The notes under the pieces are model-generated. The model had not been told where the DNA came from, did no database searches, and worked only from the letters and a program-made list of their open reading frames with translations. A stretch of DNA of 64,000 nt from Eledone cirrhosa (lineage: Eukaryota), in the NCBI GenBank assembly GCA_964016885.1, contig OZ024743.1:240498001-240562000 (forward strand), written 5' to 3'. This document shows positions 38,855-52,796 of this stretch, piece by piece (position 1 is the first letter of the stretch; each line of letters opens with the position of its first letter). The position numbers and the translations under genes are program-made.

Positions 38855-39008
38855 ATATAATTAATTAGAGTATGTGTTAGTTAATCACCAACACTTCAGA
38901 ATGTAGGATGGAGCACTCGACGAAATACACAACTGGGTCTGTTTACTGGGTCTGTTTACTGTTTAAATAAACCTGAATCAACTGATTATGGCCTCCGATC
39001 TTTTAGCG

Positions 39009-39050
<42 letters not shown>

Positions 39051-39629
39051 TGATACATATATAACAAAACATATATAATACACACACATACATATATACC
39101 CATACATATATATACATACACATATATATATATACCCATACATATATATACATACACATATATATATATACCTACACACATATATACACATGCATTTATA
39201 TGTACCCATACACACACAGAGACTGCTTTAAGTGTGGTCGGTGGGGTGGGGAGTATTTTGCTAGAATAGTTTTCAAGGACAGACACAAAGACACTGCCAG
39301 ACTACCTACGAGAATAGGATGAAGTCATTCTGTGCTGTGATCTAGGTCATTTTTCTGTGCTCTCTTAGATTAACACACAGATAGACATACAATTGCACAC
39401 ATAGATACACATACACCGAAACAGCCCCCCCCCCCCCCCCCACACATAGACATAATTGGGTATCCCTTCACACACCCACATATATATTAGTATCTTCTAT
39501 ACTAACCGAAATGGTACCAGATCCCACATGGGAATATGGAACAAGGGCAGAAAGGAGTGAAATATGATATATGGGAGAATGTGAGGTGGTGGTATCATTC
39601 CTTCGTTTTACTAATATTCATAATAATAA

Positions 39630-39935
39630 TTGTTTCTACATTAGGCACAAGGCCAGCAATTACCCAGTACATTACTGGTACTTTATTTTATCGACCCCGT
39701 AAGGTTGAAAGGCAAAGTTAACCTTGGCGGGATTTGAACTCAATATTCATAATAATAATGATTTCTAGTATAGGCACAAGGCCAGTAATTTTTTTTTTTG
39801 GGGGGGGGGGAGTCGATTAAATCGACCTCAGTATGTTACTGGTACTTTATTTTATCGACCTCGTAAGGATAAAAGGCAAAGTTAACATCGGCGGGATTTG
39901 AACTCAGACTGTAAAGCACAGTAACTATGCCACAA
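39630..39935 (-). mobile_element. Two tandem family-A SINEs
   Basis: A short-form and a long-form copy, each preceded by AATATTCATAATAATAAT. Confidence 0.8.
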
Positions 39936-40526
39936 AGTATATATATGTATATGATGATTGCTTCATCTTTGCAGATAATTGCCATCTCCCTATGCACCCT
40001 CATCAACCATCACCAACTCCAAACGTCCATCCATGTCCCCTTAAGTGGCTTTTATGTACACCATTAGATTTGCATGGTCTGCAGCAAATGTGACAGACAA
40101 AAGATGTGCCCTCGATTGGATCTATTGGGTCAGTTTGTGGGATGTCATCCTTATGTACCTTCATATGCCTCTTAAGACCAGAGATTGATTTGCAGATCTA
40201 TTTTCACACCACACATGTTGTCTCACCTAGCACTGGAGGCATATATATATACACATATATATAATGTTAGTTCCACAACAGTTAGCAAACCATTTTCGAA
40301 CTCATCCCATAGACTGAGTGCTCTACTTATTACAGATATAACCTCACAGTGTTCTACCACTGTGAATATACAAGCACACGTGTGACAATGGATGGGATAA
40401 TGAAAAAAATAAATATGCTTACGTGGTCTTATATATTTTTGGTGCTGAATCAATTTCAATAAGAACTTTTTCAATTTTTTTTTTTCCTAATCTAGGAAGA
40501 GGGTGCAACATTATTTTGTTACCATG

Positions 40527-40709
40527 GGCGGTAGATTGGCAGTATCGGTAGAGGGTCGGACACATGCTTTCCAGCATAGTTATGTCCCTTTACAGTCTGA
40601 GTTCAAATCCCGCCGAGGTTAACTTTGTCTTTCATCCTTATGGGGTCGATAAAATAAAGTACCAGTAATGCATTGGGTAATTGCTGGCCTTGTGCCAAAA
40701 GTAGAAACT
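40527..40709 (+). mobile_element. Full-length family-A tRNA SINE with 17-bp TSD (reference copy)
   Basis: A box TGGCAGTATCGG, B box GAGTTCAAATCC, central TTTCATCCTTATGGGGTCGATAAAATAAAGTACCAG (resembles the Deu/Nin-type domain, unverified). TSD ATTATTTTGTTACCATG at 40510-40526 and 40710-40726. Confidence 0.9.
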
Positions 40710-40813
40710 ATTATTTTGTTACCATGTATTTTCAGTAATATAGAGTACCTCTATGTTTACATATCAAGGGTTCATTCTTTGTTAATTATTATATAATTTA
40801 CACCACACATGCA

Positions 40814-40847
<34 letters not shown>

Positions 40848-40850
<3 letters not shown>

Positions 40851-41045
40851 TTGTTCTACTTTGGGAGGTTGATGCTGTTGGGTATCGAACCAACAACCGG
40901 AAATTTATAATAAATTGAAGTGAATTTCAACAGGTGCATGTGTTTTTATTGGCAGCATGACCCTCCCAAACTATAACAATATCTGTTTCAACACACGTTT
41001 TCAGATAAGAAAATCTTGCAAAACAAATTCAAAAACGAAATATAT
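40848..41045 (+). mobile_element. Short H2 PLE-tail insertion in (TA)n with inverted 5' copy
   Basis: The body matches 31910-32031 and extends about 60 nt further. 40848-40877 is an imperfect inverted copy of 40953-40983. Confidence 0.8.
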
Positions 41046-41051
41046 ATATAT

Positions 41052-41460
41052 ATCATCATCATCATCATCATCATCAGGTTTAGCGTCCGTGTTCCACGCT
41101 TGCATGGGTTTGGACGGGGGTTTTCCCACTTGAGGCAAGAGTGGTTGTCTTGCTCGCATAGGACTGTCTGGCGGGTTTTCTACAGTTGGATGCCCTTCCT
41201 AACACCAACCACATTTACAGTGTGGGGCTGGGAGGTTTTTACCGTGTTGCCTACACGGCCACATTACAGCGTGGACTGTCTGGCGGGTTTTCTACAGCTG
41301 GATGCCCTTCCTAACACCAACCACATTTACAGTGTGGGGCTGGGAGGTTTTTACCGTGTTGCCTACACGGCCACATTTACAGCGTGGACTGTGTGTTTTT
41401 TTGTCGTGACACCTACACGATCTCATTTGTTTCGGCCTGGATGTTGTGGGACCAACATAA
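41052..41460 (-). mobile_element. Young RTE 3' UTR fragment with about 110-bp internal tandem duplication
   Basis: Near-identical reverse complement of 54573-54979. Homologous to the 3' UTR at 6938-7235. Confidence 0.9.
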
Positions 41461-41461
41461 C

Positions 41462-41583
<122 letters not shown>

Positions 41584-42188
41584 AGGGCATCAAGCTGTAA
41601 AACATTGTTTCAAAACTTCCTGTCTAACCCATACTATCAAGGAAAAGAGGCTGTAAAAACGTTGAAGTTGATGATATATGCGTGTTTATTGAATAGTTAT
41701 TTGACTAATTGACATCAGTTGCCTTTTCTAAGTTCTCATTCTTCTGTCTGTGTGCCTGTGTATCACTCAATACTTATTATTGTTACCTAAATTCAGTGGT
41801 CCTTTATTGACCCAGGAAGGATAAATAGCAAAGTTAGCCTTGACATGATTTAAACTCAGAATCTAAAGGTATGCAACACAATAGCACAAGGCAATTTTTC
41901 CACTGCTCTACTGATAGTACCCCTTCCTCTACTCTCACCTGTCTTTCAACAATTAATGGTGGTGAAAGAATTTGTGGAGCTGTGATTTAAATACTCTTTA
42001 CTTGACACCTTCAGCATAGAGATGATTGATAGACAAACAGAAATACAGAAAATAAGATATAATGATAAAGATCATGTTATTCAAATCAGGTTTAAAATAG
42101 GTAACCACATGCTAATTTAGTCGGGATAATGAGTTTAAAACCCTTGCTTTTATTATGTACAGATAAATAATGATAATTATAATAATAA

Positions 42189-42520
42189 TTGTTTCTACTT
42201 TAAGCACAAGGCCAGCAATTTGAAGGGGAGGGAAAGTCGATTAAATCACCCCCAGTGCTTACTGGTACTTTATTTTATCGACCCTGTAAGGATGAGAGGC
42301 AAAGATAACCTTGGCGGAATTTGAACTCAGAACGTAAAGAGCCATAACTATGTGATGAAGCATGGTGTCTGACGCTCTACCAATTCTGCCAAATAATAAT
42401 TCTTTCTACTTTTAGCACAAGGCCAGCAATTACTCCTTTCATCCTTATGGTGTCGATAAAATAATGCACCAGTAATGCACTGGGGTAATTTCTGGACTTG
42501 TGCCAAAAGTAAAAACAATT
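42189..42520. mobile_element. Long-form family-A SINE (minus) followed by a tail-out inverted pair of SINE 3' ends
   Basis: 42402-42432 is the inverted counterpart of about 42485-42516. Confidence 0.75.
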
Positions 42521-44505
42521 ATATATAAATATAGTAAAACAAAAAATCTATAATATTCATCTATACATAGTATATATTATATTATTTATTATATATAAAT
42601 TAACGATTTTATTTCTTATATATTATTTAGAATTTGCATGTAGGCAGGTCTCTCTTGAAATAGGGTTGGGTGGGGGGCACTGAGGGTGTAACATGGCCAT
42701 GAGTGCGGCAGTGGCTCTAAAGAGAATCTCTGCTCTATTGCCTCATAGGCATCAAGAGTGCCCTCTCCTACTTAGAAAAGTATAGACAGCATAGGTCTTT
42801 TCAGCCTCTTCAATCTACACTGCTCTCATGCATCTTTAACGAAACACACTGAAAGGCAGCATCTTTCTTTCTACTCTCAAGTGGAACTTGAAGAAGGTAA
42901 TAAGGGCTTAACTAGAGAGGAAGGTGCCTGATCTCAATCATTTTAGTTGAGTCCAACATACAGCTTTTTTTTCCACAGCTAACAGGCAGAGGAAAATTTG
43001 CTGTGCCTCCCTTTTAAAAGACTAGGATTTTTTTCAACATGCTGTATGTGTATATATGTGTGGTATACATTTATATGTATGAGTATATAAATATAAACAC
43101 TCAAACACAGACACACTCACAGACATACATTCGTACAAATACACATTCACAATACATTCACACAGACACACACTCACACACAGCGTAGCAAATGAAACAC
43201 CAGTCACTGTTTGGCTATAGTCTTTTCACCATCCCCTTCCTTCCTTTTACATAGATAAACACACACACACACCCACACATTGTGTGATGGATAGACAGAA
43301 GTTGCTCAAATTTATATATAGAAGGTGGTAGTTCAATTTTCACTATAGACCTGGCTGATAGCTGGATCTTTCCTACATGTAGCAGCAATTATTTGGTCCA
43401 AGCTCAGGAACTGGACAATAGCATGCACTTCAATTTGATCATACTACATGCATCTTGGACAGGTCTAGCCGTTGCCTGTAGAGGCTGTCGTGAATTGGAA
43501 GTGTCTCTCTGTAGCACTACCATGACAAAGATTTTAATAATTGTTTCTACTTTTGGCACAAGGCCAGCAATTATCCCAGTGCATTAGTAATGATTGACAA
43601 CAACAAAAACAAATTTTTGTTTTAAATCATAAGACACTAAAACCTGGATCAATGGATAAAAACCAACAATATTCCACCCCACCACCCTTACTACCACCCA
43701 TACCATTATTACTACTTCCAACTACCACCCATACAACTATACCTACTATACATCTACTGCTACGATCACAACTACGACTACCATTATTACCACTACCACT
43801 ACACCATTATTATCACTACTACTACTCCCACCACAACCACTAATAGCACTACTACTACTACCATTATTACCACCACCACCAATATTATTACTACCAATAC
43901 CACTATTACTAACCATTTCAGTAAAGCTGAAGGAAATTTAATCTCCCTCTAATGATATTACTGAAATCTTTGGAAGTTCTTCCAGTAACTGGGGGATAAA
44001 AGATGTTTATCTTGTATTATCTAGAATGGGATAGAAATGATGGTGATGGTTATGATGATGGTTATGGTTATTATGATGATGGTTATGGTTATTATGATGA
44101 TGGTAGTGATTGTGATGTTGATGGGATTGGTATAGTGGGGATGGTTATAATGATGATGGTGATCGGGGTGATGTCGATGATGATGGTTATGATGATATGG
44201 TATGATGATGGTAATGTGATGATGATGATACCATTGATGGTTAAGATGATGATGATGGCTTGTCGATAGAATAAAGTACCAATCCAGAGCAGTGGAACAA
44301 TGAAGTTTATTAGAGCATTAGACAAAATGTTTTGCTGTGTTTGTTCTGGTTCCTTATATTCTGTGTACCCAGACAGGTATGGCAGCAAATTGGCAGAGTC
44401 ATTAGGACATCACATACAATGCTTTGCTGTATCAGTTTCACTTCTCTGTACTCTGTTCAAATCCCACCAAGGTCAACTTTGCCTTTCATCCTTTGGAAGT
44501 TGATT

Positions 44506-45254
44506 CTTCCTCTATATCTCTATCTCACTTCCTCTATATCTCTTTCCCACTGCCTCTCTATCTATATCTCACTTCCTCTATATCTCTTTCCCACTGCCTC
44601 TCTATCTCTATCTCACGTCCTCTATATCTCTTTCCCACTGCCTCTCTATCTCTATCTCACTTCCTCTATATCTCTTTCCCACTGCCTCTCTATCTCTATC
44701 TCACTTCCTCTATATCTCTTTCCCACTGCCTCTCTATCTCTATCTCACTTCCTCTATATCTCTTTCCCACTGCCTCTCTATCTCTATCTCACTTCCTCTA
44801 TATCTCTTTCCCACTGCCTCTCTATCTCACTTCCTCTATATCTCTTTCCCACTTCCTCTATATCTCTATCTCACTTCCTCTATATCTCTTTCCCACTGCC
44901 TCTCTATCTCTATCTCACTTCCTCTATATCTCTTTCCCACTGCCTCTCTATCTCTATCTCACTTCCTCTATATCTCTTTCCCACTGCCTCTCTATCTCTA
45001 TCTCACTTCCTCTATATCTCTTTCCCACTGCCTCTCTATCTCTATCTCACTTCCTCTATATCTCTTTCCCACTGCCTCTCTATCTCTATCTCACTTCCTC
45101 TATATCTCTTTCCCACTGCCTCTCTATCTCTATCTCACTTCCTCTATATCTCTTTCCCACTGCCTCTCTATCTCACTTCCTCTATATCTCTTTCCCACTT
45201 CCTCTATATCTCTATCTCACTTCCTCTATATCTCTTTCCCATTGCCTCTCTATC
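44506..45254. repeat. 44-bp pyrimidine-rich minisatellite, about 17 units
   Basis: Unit TCACTTCCTCTATATCTCTTTCCCACTGCCTCTCTATCTCTATC, for example at 44701 and 44745. Confidence 0.95.
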
Positions 45255-46471
45255 ACCCTCTTTCCTTCCTCTGGAATAAATTGACTGTATTCAGATCTGG
45301 AGAGGGAATAGGCTCCACCAGGTTGAAACAAAATGTCCAAGAAGTGCTGAATGTCACTACAGTGCCCTAGAACCCTACCAGGAGTACAGATCCATCAATA
45401 CATATCTAGACAAATATAGTAAACTTGTCCTGTATCTGGTGAACAAGGTGGTGTCTTGTAAATAAAATATTCAAAGAAGGCAATAGAAAAACACCTTTGT
45501 ATCATACCACACACAAAACAAAACATAACAATTGCACAGCACATATTAAGGAAATTACCAGGGACCATTTATCAACCTGTGGTTAATTGACCTGCTAAAA
45601 ATAACAGCCAAATATCCCCCAAATCACACCATACTTTATAAAACAAGACATAATATATTAGATAATGTAAAATAAAAACTACAGCCATCACTTGCAATTA
45701 AGTATGATTTGGTACTATGTACTATGCTTTTGTAAAGGGTTTTAGGTGTCCATACAGTTACAAGCAAACACAGACACCACCTTGTCTCTCCCTCCCTTGA
45801 TCCAACATTACATCTAGGATATAACAGCTGGAAGGAGAGAGAGAGAGGGAGGATTACAACAGTGATGGGCTGGTACTTTCTTTATCAATACTGAAATGAT
45901 GAAAGGCAAAGTGAACCTCAGCAGGATTTGAATACATAGTGCAGGTATGTAGATTGGATCTACATACCTACATAGTGCAGGTATGTAGATCCAAAGCTCT
46001 AGCGACTATGCCAAATCAACTGCCTTAATTAGATAATGTATAATGAAAATAAGCCTGGAACACTAAAATCATAGATCAGCTGAATAATAATTAGTTTAAA
46101 TAATAACAAAAAGAATATTTTCTATATTCAGTCACATAAGACTCACTTGCAAATATATTTTTTGTGTGAGTTTGTTTGTCTTTTCCCTTTCTTTCTTCAT
46201 ATTCCGAGAGAAAAAGAAACAATGATGTAAACTCTGTTTTGTTAATATACAAAGCTATAGACACAGCTAACTCTTAACATCTGCTAAGGATTTTTAGAAA
46301 ATATCTAAAAACAGATCTGTTAATTCAAATGTTTATAGTATCTTTACAAGTGGACAGATCATTGTGAAAATTTGCAATATTTGAATAAAGACTTTACTTT
46401 TTTAATATGATATAGTCATAGTGCAAGAATGTCTTGTTACTGTGGTTCCATGTGACCAGGATATCAAGAGT

Positions 46472-46922
46472 TTAACCCTTTAGTATTTAAACTGGCCATA
46501 TCCAGCCAGAATTCTCTCACCTCTTTCTGTTCAAACCGGCTGTAACCAGCCACTCATACTGTTGTGAAGATATTGATCTCAAAATAAATAATATCAAAAT
46601 CTCATAGATTCAATATTATGTGAGATGATTATGTGAGGTAAAGCCTTTAGCATGAAAATATGATAGTAAATATAACTGTTTCTATTTTTGGCACAAGGCC
46701 AGCAATTACCCAGTGTATTACTGGTACTTTATTTTATCGACCCCGTAAGGATGAAAGGCAAAGTTAACCTCGGCGGGATTTGAACTCAGAATGGCAAGGG
46801 CCATAACTCTATGCGTCAAAGCATGGCGTCCGACCCTCTACTGATACTGCCAATTCACCGCCCTTATATATAATAGTAAATATAACAGTATATATAAAGC
46901 AATGTAAATGCTAAAGGGTTAA
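46472..46922 (+). mobile_element. piggyBac-type MITE copy 3, interrupted by a family-A SINE (46677-46865, minus)
   Basis: TTAA TSDs and TIRs are intact. The SINE is flanked by ATAT(G/A)ATAGTAAATATAAC at 46658-46676 and 46868-46886. Confidence 0.85.
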
Positions 46923-47627
46923 AACTAAGTTGAAGAAGTGTGTAGGTAAAAGCAGAATTAACAGACATTATTGCTAGGAATGTGTGTTACAAATGAATCA
47001 AAGTATAGTTTTCAACACCACATATACCTGTAATAACATTTTATATATATATATTCACATTTTCTCACAGATGTCAGTATATTGTTTTTAATTGTTAAAA
47101 CAGCAGGTCTCCCTGTGATTATTATTGTTGTTGTCATTGTTTCAGCCTAGTTTGTGGCTGTTATTATTGTTGTTAAATATTCTAATTATAGTATTGATGC
47201 TGTTGTTTTGGCCTAACATTTATTGCTGTTGCTTAAACCAGAGACATGTTATAGTTTTTTAACTCTTAATGTCCTGTAATGAATTAGTAGAAAACATATA
47301 AAAGTTGGTCTGTTAATTCAAATATTTATAGTATCTTTAATAGTAAGAAGATTGTTGTGAAGATCTGCGTTTAATGTGATACAGTCATTATGTTGTTTTA
47401 TACTTTTCAAGAACAAGGTTTTCTTTTAATACACTGACGTGTATGTTCATATGCATAAATTTATATGTATGACTATATAAATATAAATGTGTGCAAACAA
47501 AGACACATTTACAAAAATACACACTCACATATACATTCACATAAACACACATACACTCACACACAGCGTAGCAAATGGAATGCCAGCTGCTGTTTTGCTA
47601 TAGTGTTTTCACCATTCCCTTCCTTCC

Positions 47628-47662
<35 letters not shown>

Positions 47663-47997
47663 GTGAAGGGTTGAAGTCACTATATATAGATGTCTTGCTA
47701 ATTTGGTTTCATGTGGTACAGGATGTTAAGTGTGAAACCATAGATATAACTATTGTTGTTGCTGCTGTTCCTATATACCTCTGGATGTAAGTAATAGCCA
47801 GGTGATTATGAAATTTACTTCACAATCATGAGGCTCAAGGTTCAATCCCACAGCATGTCATCTAGGGCAAGTGTATTTTACAATAGCCACATGGTGATCC
47901 AAACCATGTGAGTGAACCTGGTGAGATTGAAATTGTATAGACACATGTTGGATGGATTGTACATGTAATTTTAAAAGTTTAACAATGTCACATATGG

Positions 47998-48164
47998 CAG
48001 GCATGTCAAACTGAGGAGCTCCCCGAGGGCCACATGGGTGACATATGTGTTGTCTGAGGGCCACACATGACAACTAATTGCGCACATTACAACTAATATT
48101 TTTTATTTTATATTATGCCCGTGCTGTAAAAACCTTTGCATGGGCTGCATGTTTCACATGTCTG
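47998..48164. mobile_element. hAT-type MITE
   Basis: TIRs CAGGCATGTCAAAC and GTTTCACATGTCTG. 8-bp TSD ACATATGG / ACAAATGG with one mismatch. Confidence 0.75.
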
Positions 48165-48525
48165 ACAAATGGTGTCACTGATTCTACATGAGAATTACAT
48201 TAAAGGTGTCACACGGATGTGGCTTGTTGCAAATTGTATCATGCAGATTCTACCTGAAAATTGTGTTAAGATTATCAAATATATATGGAATCCTCAGCCA
48301 CATATACAAAAATAAATGGATGGTACCTGTAGTTTAAAGTCTAACCATATCACATATTGTGCAGCAGAGATTCTAGCTGGGAATTAATTATATTAATGAT
48401 ACCACATGAATGTGGAATACTCAACCAGTTACACTTTAACAATTGATGGACTGTAACTCTAATTTAAAAGGTCTAGCTATGTCATATATTGGCAGGAAAA
48501 TTCTGCTTGAGAGTTACAAATTACA

Positions 48526-48752
48526 TTAACCCTTTAGCATTTACATTACTCTATATATACTATTTTATTTTGTAGTAAAGGATTTATCTCACATAAATAT
48601 CCCACATAATATCAAATTTATTAGATTTTGATATTATCTATTTTGAGAACGATACCTTAACATCAGTTTGAGTGACTAGTTATGGCCAGTTTGAACAGAA
48701 AGAGTGAGAGAATTCTGACCAGATACAGCCAGTTTAAATGCAAAAGGGTTAA
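48526..48752 (-). mobile_element. piggyBac-type MITE copy 4
   Basis: TTAA-CCCTTTAGCA...TGCAAAAGGG-TTAA. Reverse complement of the other copies. Confidence 0.8.
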
Positions 48753-50299
48753 GGTTAGAAATGTCTGTGGAATACTCAGCCACTTATGCTATAATTTAAC
48801 AAGTCAGACATTCAATTGCTCAAACAACTGAATACTCATCGTTGAAAGTGGTGGAAGATCACATATTACATAAGTTTTTAATTATTATATCTTATATAGA
48901 TTTGCTGTGTTTTCACATATATTGTTGCTGTTACCTTGAAGATATTACTACTGTTATTGCTGTTGTTGTTTAAGCCTTAAAGATGCTGATGCTGTTGTTG
49001 TTTAAGCCTTAAAGATGCTGATGCTGTTGTTTAAGTATTAAAGATGTTGCTTAAGCTATATTGACATTGTTTTTGCTGTTTATGCATTAAAGATGTAGTT
49101 GTTTAAACGTTAAAGATGCTGCTGTTGTTGTTTATGCATTAAAGATGTTATTGTTTAAGCCTTAAAATGCTATTAATGAAGTCATATAGTTATTGTCGTT
49201 GTTGTTTGGATATATTTTTATTTATATTTTTATATATAAAATCTTATACTTGTACATTAAGACTTCAAAGTCAGCGTTATTGTTTGTGTCGTTGTTATCT
49301 GAGTTATATAGATGATGTTGATGTTAAATATATTAAATATTGTTTATATTGTTGTTGTTTAAGCCTTATTTAACGTGTGTTGTTACTGTCATATTAGCCT
49401 TTCAGTTGTTGTTTAGTCTCAGACATGATCAAAGACACTCCGGCCTAGACCGTCCTGCCTTTTATTCAGTCAGAATGTATCTAGGACATTATTCATTGTC
49501 TCTTTTAATATCTAGATAGTAGAGTGTGATTTAACATTTAACATCAATATCATTTAATGTTTTCCCTGCTAGCATGATTTAGCAGAAAATATCTAAAAGC
49601 AGATTTGTTAATTCAAATGTTTAATGAATCTTTACTTGTGGGCAGATCATTGTGAAAATTTGCAGTATTGGAATAAAGACATTTAAAGTGGTGCTGTCAT
49701 CTTGCTGTTTTATACTTTCCAGGAATGTTGAGCTCATGTGGTTTGTTAATTCAAATGTTTACTGTAATTTTATTAGTGTACAGATTGTTATGAAGATTTG
49801 CAGTATTAGAGTAAATATTTTAAATGTGATGCAGTTATAGTGCTGTTTTATACTTTTCAAGAATATCTTGCTAATGCAGCTTCATGCAGTAAATGACATT
49901 AAAAGATAAGAGTGGCTTGGCTGCTATTTCTAGAAATACCTTCTTTGGCTTGTTACTATTGTTTAAATCTTGAAGTAGACGTTGATACTAATTTATGATG
50001 CCAGTTGATGTTAGTTGGTGATGTAGTAATCACAAAACTACATGTGTGTGAATGTGTTCATCTACAAATATATGTGGTGGTGGTAGGGTTGCATTAGAGA
50101 GAGAGAGAGACTGTGTGAAAAAAATCACCAGGAACTAATGTATTATTCTGCCCTGCCACAATGAAGCAGCATTGCACCTCCTTCATCCAACCACAAAAAA
50201 ATGAGAACAATGAATGAAACACTCTAAAAGGAAACATGTAAAATGCACCCACCCATCCCATCATCACAAAAACTGCAGATATCACACCCTCAAAAACAG

Positions 50300-51535
50300 C
50301 ACTGCACCATACCATACTACACCACACCATATTACATTACTTCACACCAAACAGCATCACATCATGCCACATTTCACCATACCATATAACACACCACCAC
50401 ACATCACATCACACTACACCACACCACGCCATGCCATACTGTGTCACACAACACAACACCACACCATACTACACCACACAACATCACACTACACAACATC
50501 ACACCACATCACATCACACAAGACTACACACCACACCACATTACATCAGACTTTACTACACCACACCACTCCATACCACACTGCACCAGAACACACACAC
50601 ATGACACCACATTACATCACACCACATTATACAACACCATATACCCTATCACGTCCACACCAAACAACACCACAGAACATCAGACCGTGTCCAAGCTACA
50701 GCACACCGCGTCCACACCACACCACATTATATAACACCACATACCCCCAGCACACCACATCGTGTCCACACCACACCACACAATAGCACAGCAGACCATA
50801 TCCACGCTACAACACATCACGTCCACACCACACCATATTATACAACACCACATACCCCACTACACTATACCACACCAAACCACACTATCTCCATGCCACA
50901 ATACACCACATCCACACCACACCATATTCTACAGCACCACATACTCCACCACACTATACCACACCAAACCACACTATGTCCACGCCACAATACACCACGT
51001 CCACACCACACCATATTATAAACCACATACTCCACCACACTATACCACACCAAACCACACTATGTTCACGCCACAATACACCACGTCCACACGACACCAT
51101 ATTATACAACACCACATACCCCACCACACTATACCACACCAAACCACACTATGTCCATGCCACAATACACCACGTCCACACCATATTCTATAGCACCACA
51201 TACCCCACCACACCATATCCTACAGCACCACATACCTCACACACTATGTCCACGCCACAACACACCACACCACACCACATTCTACAGCACCACATACCCC
51301 CACCACACCATGTCCACGCCACAACACACCACGTCCACACCACACCATATTCTACAGCACCACATACCCCACCACACCATATCCTACAGCACCACATACC
51401 CCACCACACTATGTCCACGCCACAACACACCACACCACACCACACCATATTCTACAGCACCACATACCCCACCACATCATACCCCACACCACACCATGTC
51501 CTACAGCACCACACACCCCAATAACACCATCACCA
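50300..51535. repeat. (CACCA)n-derived degenerate satellite with longer higher-order units
   Basis: Recurrent CCACACTATACCACACCAAACCACACTATGTCCACGCCACAA and CATATTCTACAGCACCACATACCCC. Confidence 0.85.
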
Positions 51536-51874
51536 TTACGATGGTGTACATATTAGAAATTAGTTGTTTCAGCTAAGTTAGCTATCGTTTAACCAGTTAA
51601 ATGTTGTGCTATGTTTGTATTGAATGTAATAAGTGCTATACAAAGAGAGAATTAAATGAAGATATTGAGCAGGGTAATTATAATTTGAAATATTGGATTG
51701 GGAAAATTGAGGAAAAGAAGGAGAGATGTCGAAATAAAAATATTCTACATTTTATTATTTCTTCTATATTTATATCTTTTCATAATATACTTTACCAAAA
51801 AATTTTAATTAAAAAAAATATAATAAAAGCCAGACATTATATATTTTTCGTTTTGTTTGAGCATGTTTATATGT

Positions 51875-52215
51875 GTATATAGAGGTGTATGTATGTATGT
51901 ATGTATGCATATGTATATATAGAGGTGTATGTATGTGTGTATATAGAGGTGTATGTATGTGTGTATATAGAGGTGTATGTATGCATGTATATAGAGGTGT
52001 ATATATGTATGTATATAGAGGTGTATGTATGTGTGTATATAGGTGTATGTATGTGTGTATATAGAGGTGTATGTATGTGTGTATATAGAGGTGTATGTAT
52101 GTGTGTATATAGAGGTGTATGTATGTGTGTATATAGAGGTGTATGTATGTATATAAAGGTGTATGTATATATGTATATAAAGGTGTATGTATGTGTGTAT
52201 ATAGAGGTGTATGTA
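51875..52215. repeat. 24-bp tandem repeat GTATATAGAGGTGTATGTATGTGT
   Basis: About 13 units. Confidence 0.9.
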
Positions 52216-52604
52216 TATGTGAGTATAGTATATATGTGAGTATAGTATATATATGGCTATGTGTATAGTGTCTATTAATTTGAATATTTGTGCATATTTG
52301 TTTGTGGGTGCATATACGTATGTATGTACATGTGTAAATATATGTATGTTTGTATGTATGTATGAATATGTGCATGTATGATTGGTTAAATGTATATATG
52401 TATATGTGAGTAGAGGTATTTGTGTTTGTATGTATGTATATGGGTATATATGTGAATATGAAGATGTATGTTTAATGTATGCATGTATGTATGATTGGTT
52501 GTATGTATATACGTATGTGTGAGTAGAGGTATTTGTGTATGTATGTATATAGGTATACATGTGAATATGCAAATGTATGTTTATATTTATCTTTATATGT
52601 GTGA

Positions 52605-52665
<61 letters not shown>

Positions 52666-52749
52666 CATTTATTTTTGTTTTTATTTTTTATGCTTAATGT
52701 TGTGCAACATTGTTTGAAATTTTTAACTTTCCATATGTGTATATGTGTA

Positions 52750-52796
<47 letters not shown>

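Noticed and set aside
40527-40615. tRNA genes at A/B box sequences
   Set aside because: No full cloverleaf. They continue into SINE bodies with TSDs.
44332-45284. 315- and 286-aa repetitive ORFs
   Set aside because: The 44-bp unit is not a multiple of 3 and cycles through frames. Minisatellite artefact.
46141-46240. Possible minus-strand 5' UTR exon (donor GCAA|GTGAGT)
   Set aside because: No good acceptor or other support from sequence alone.
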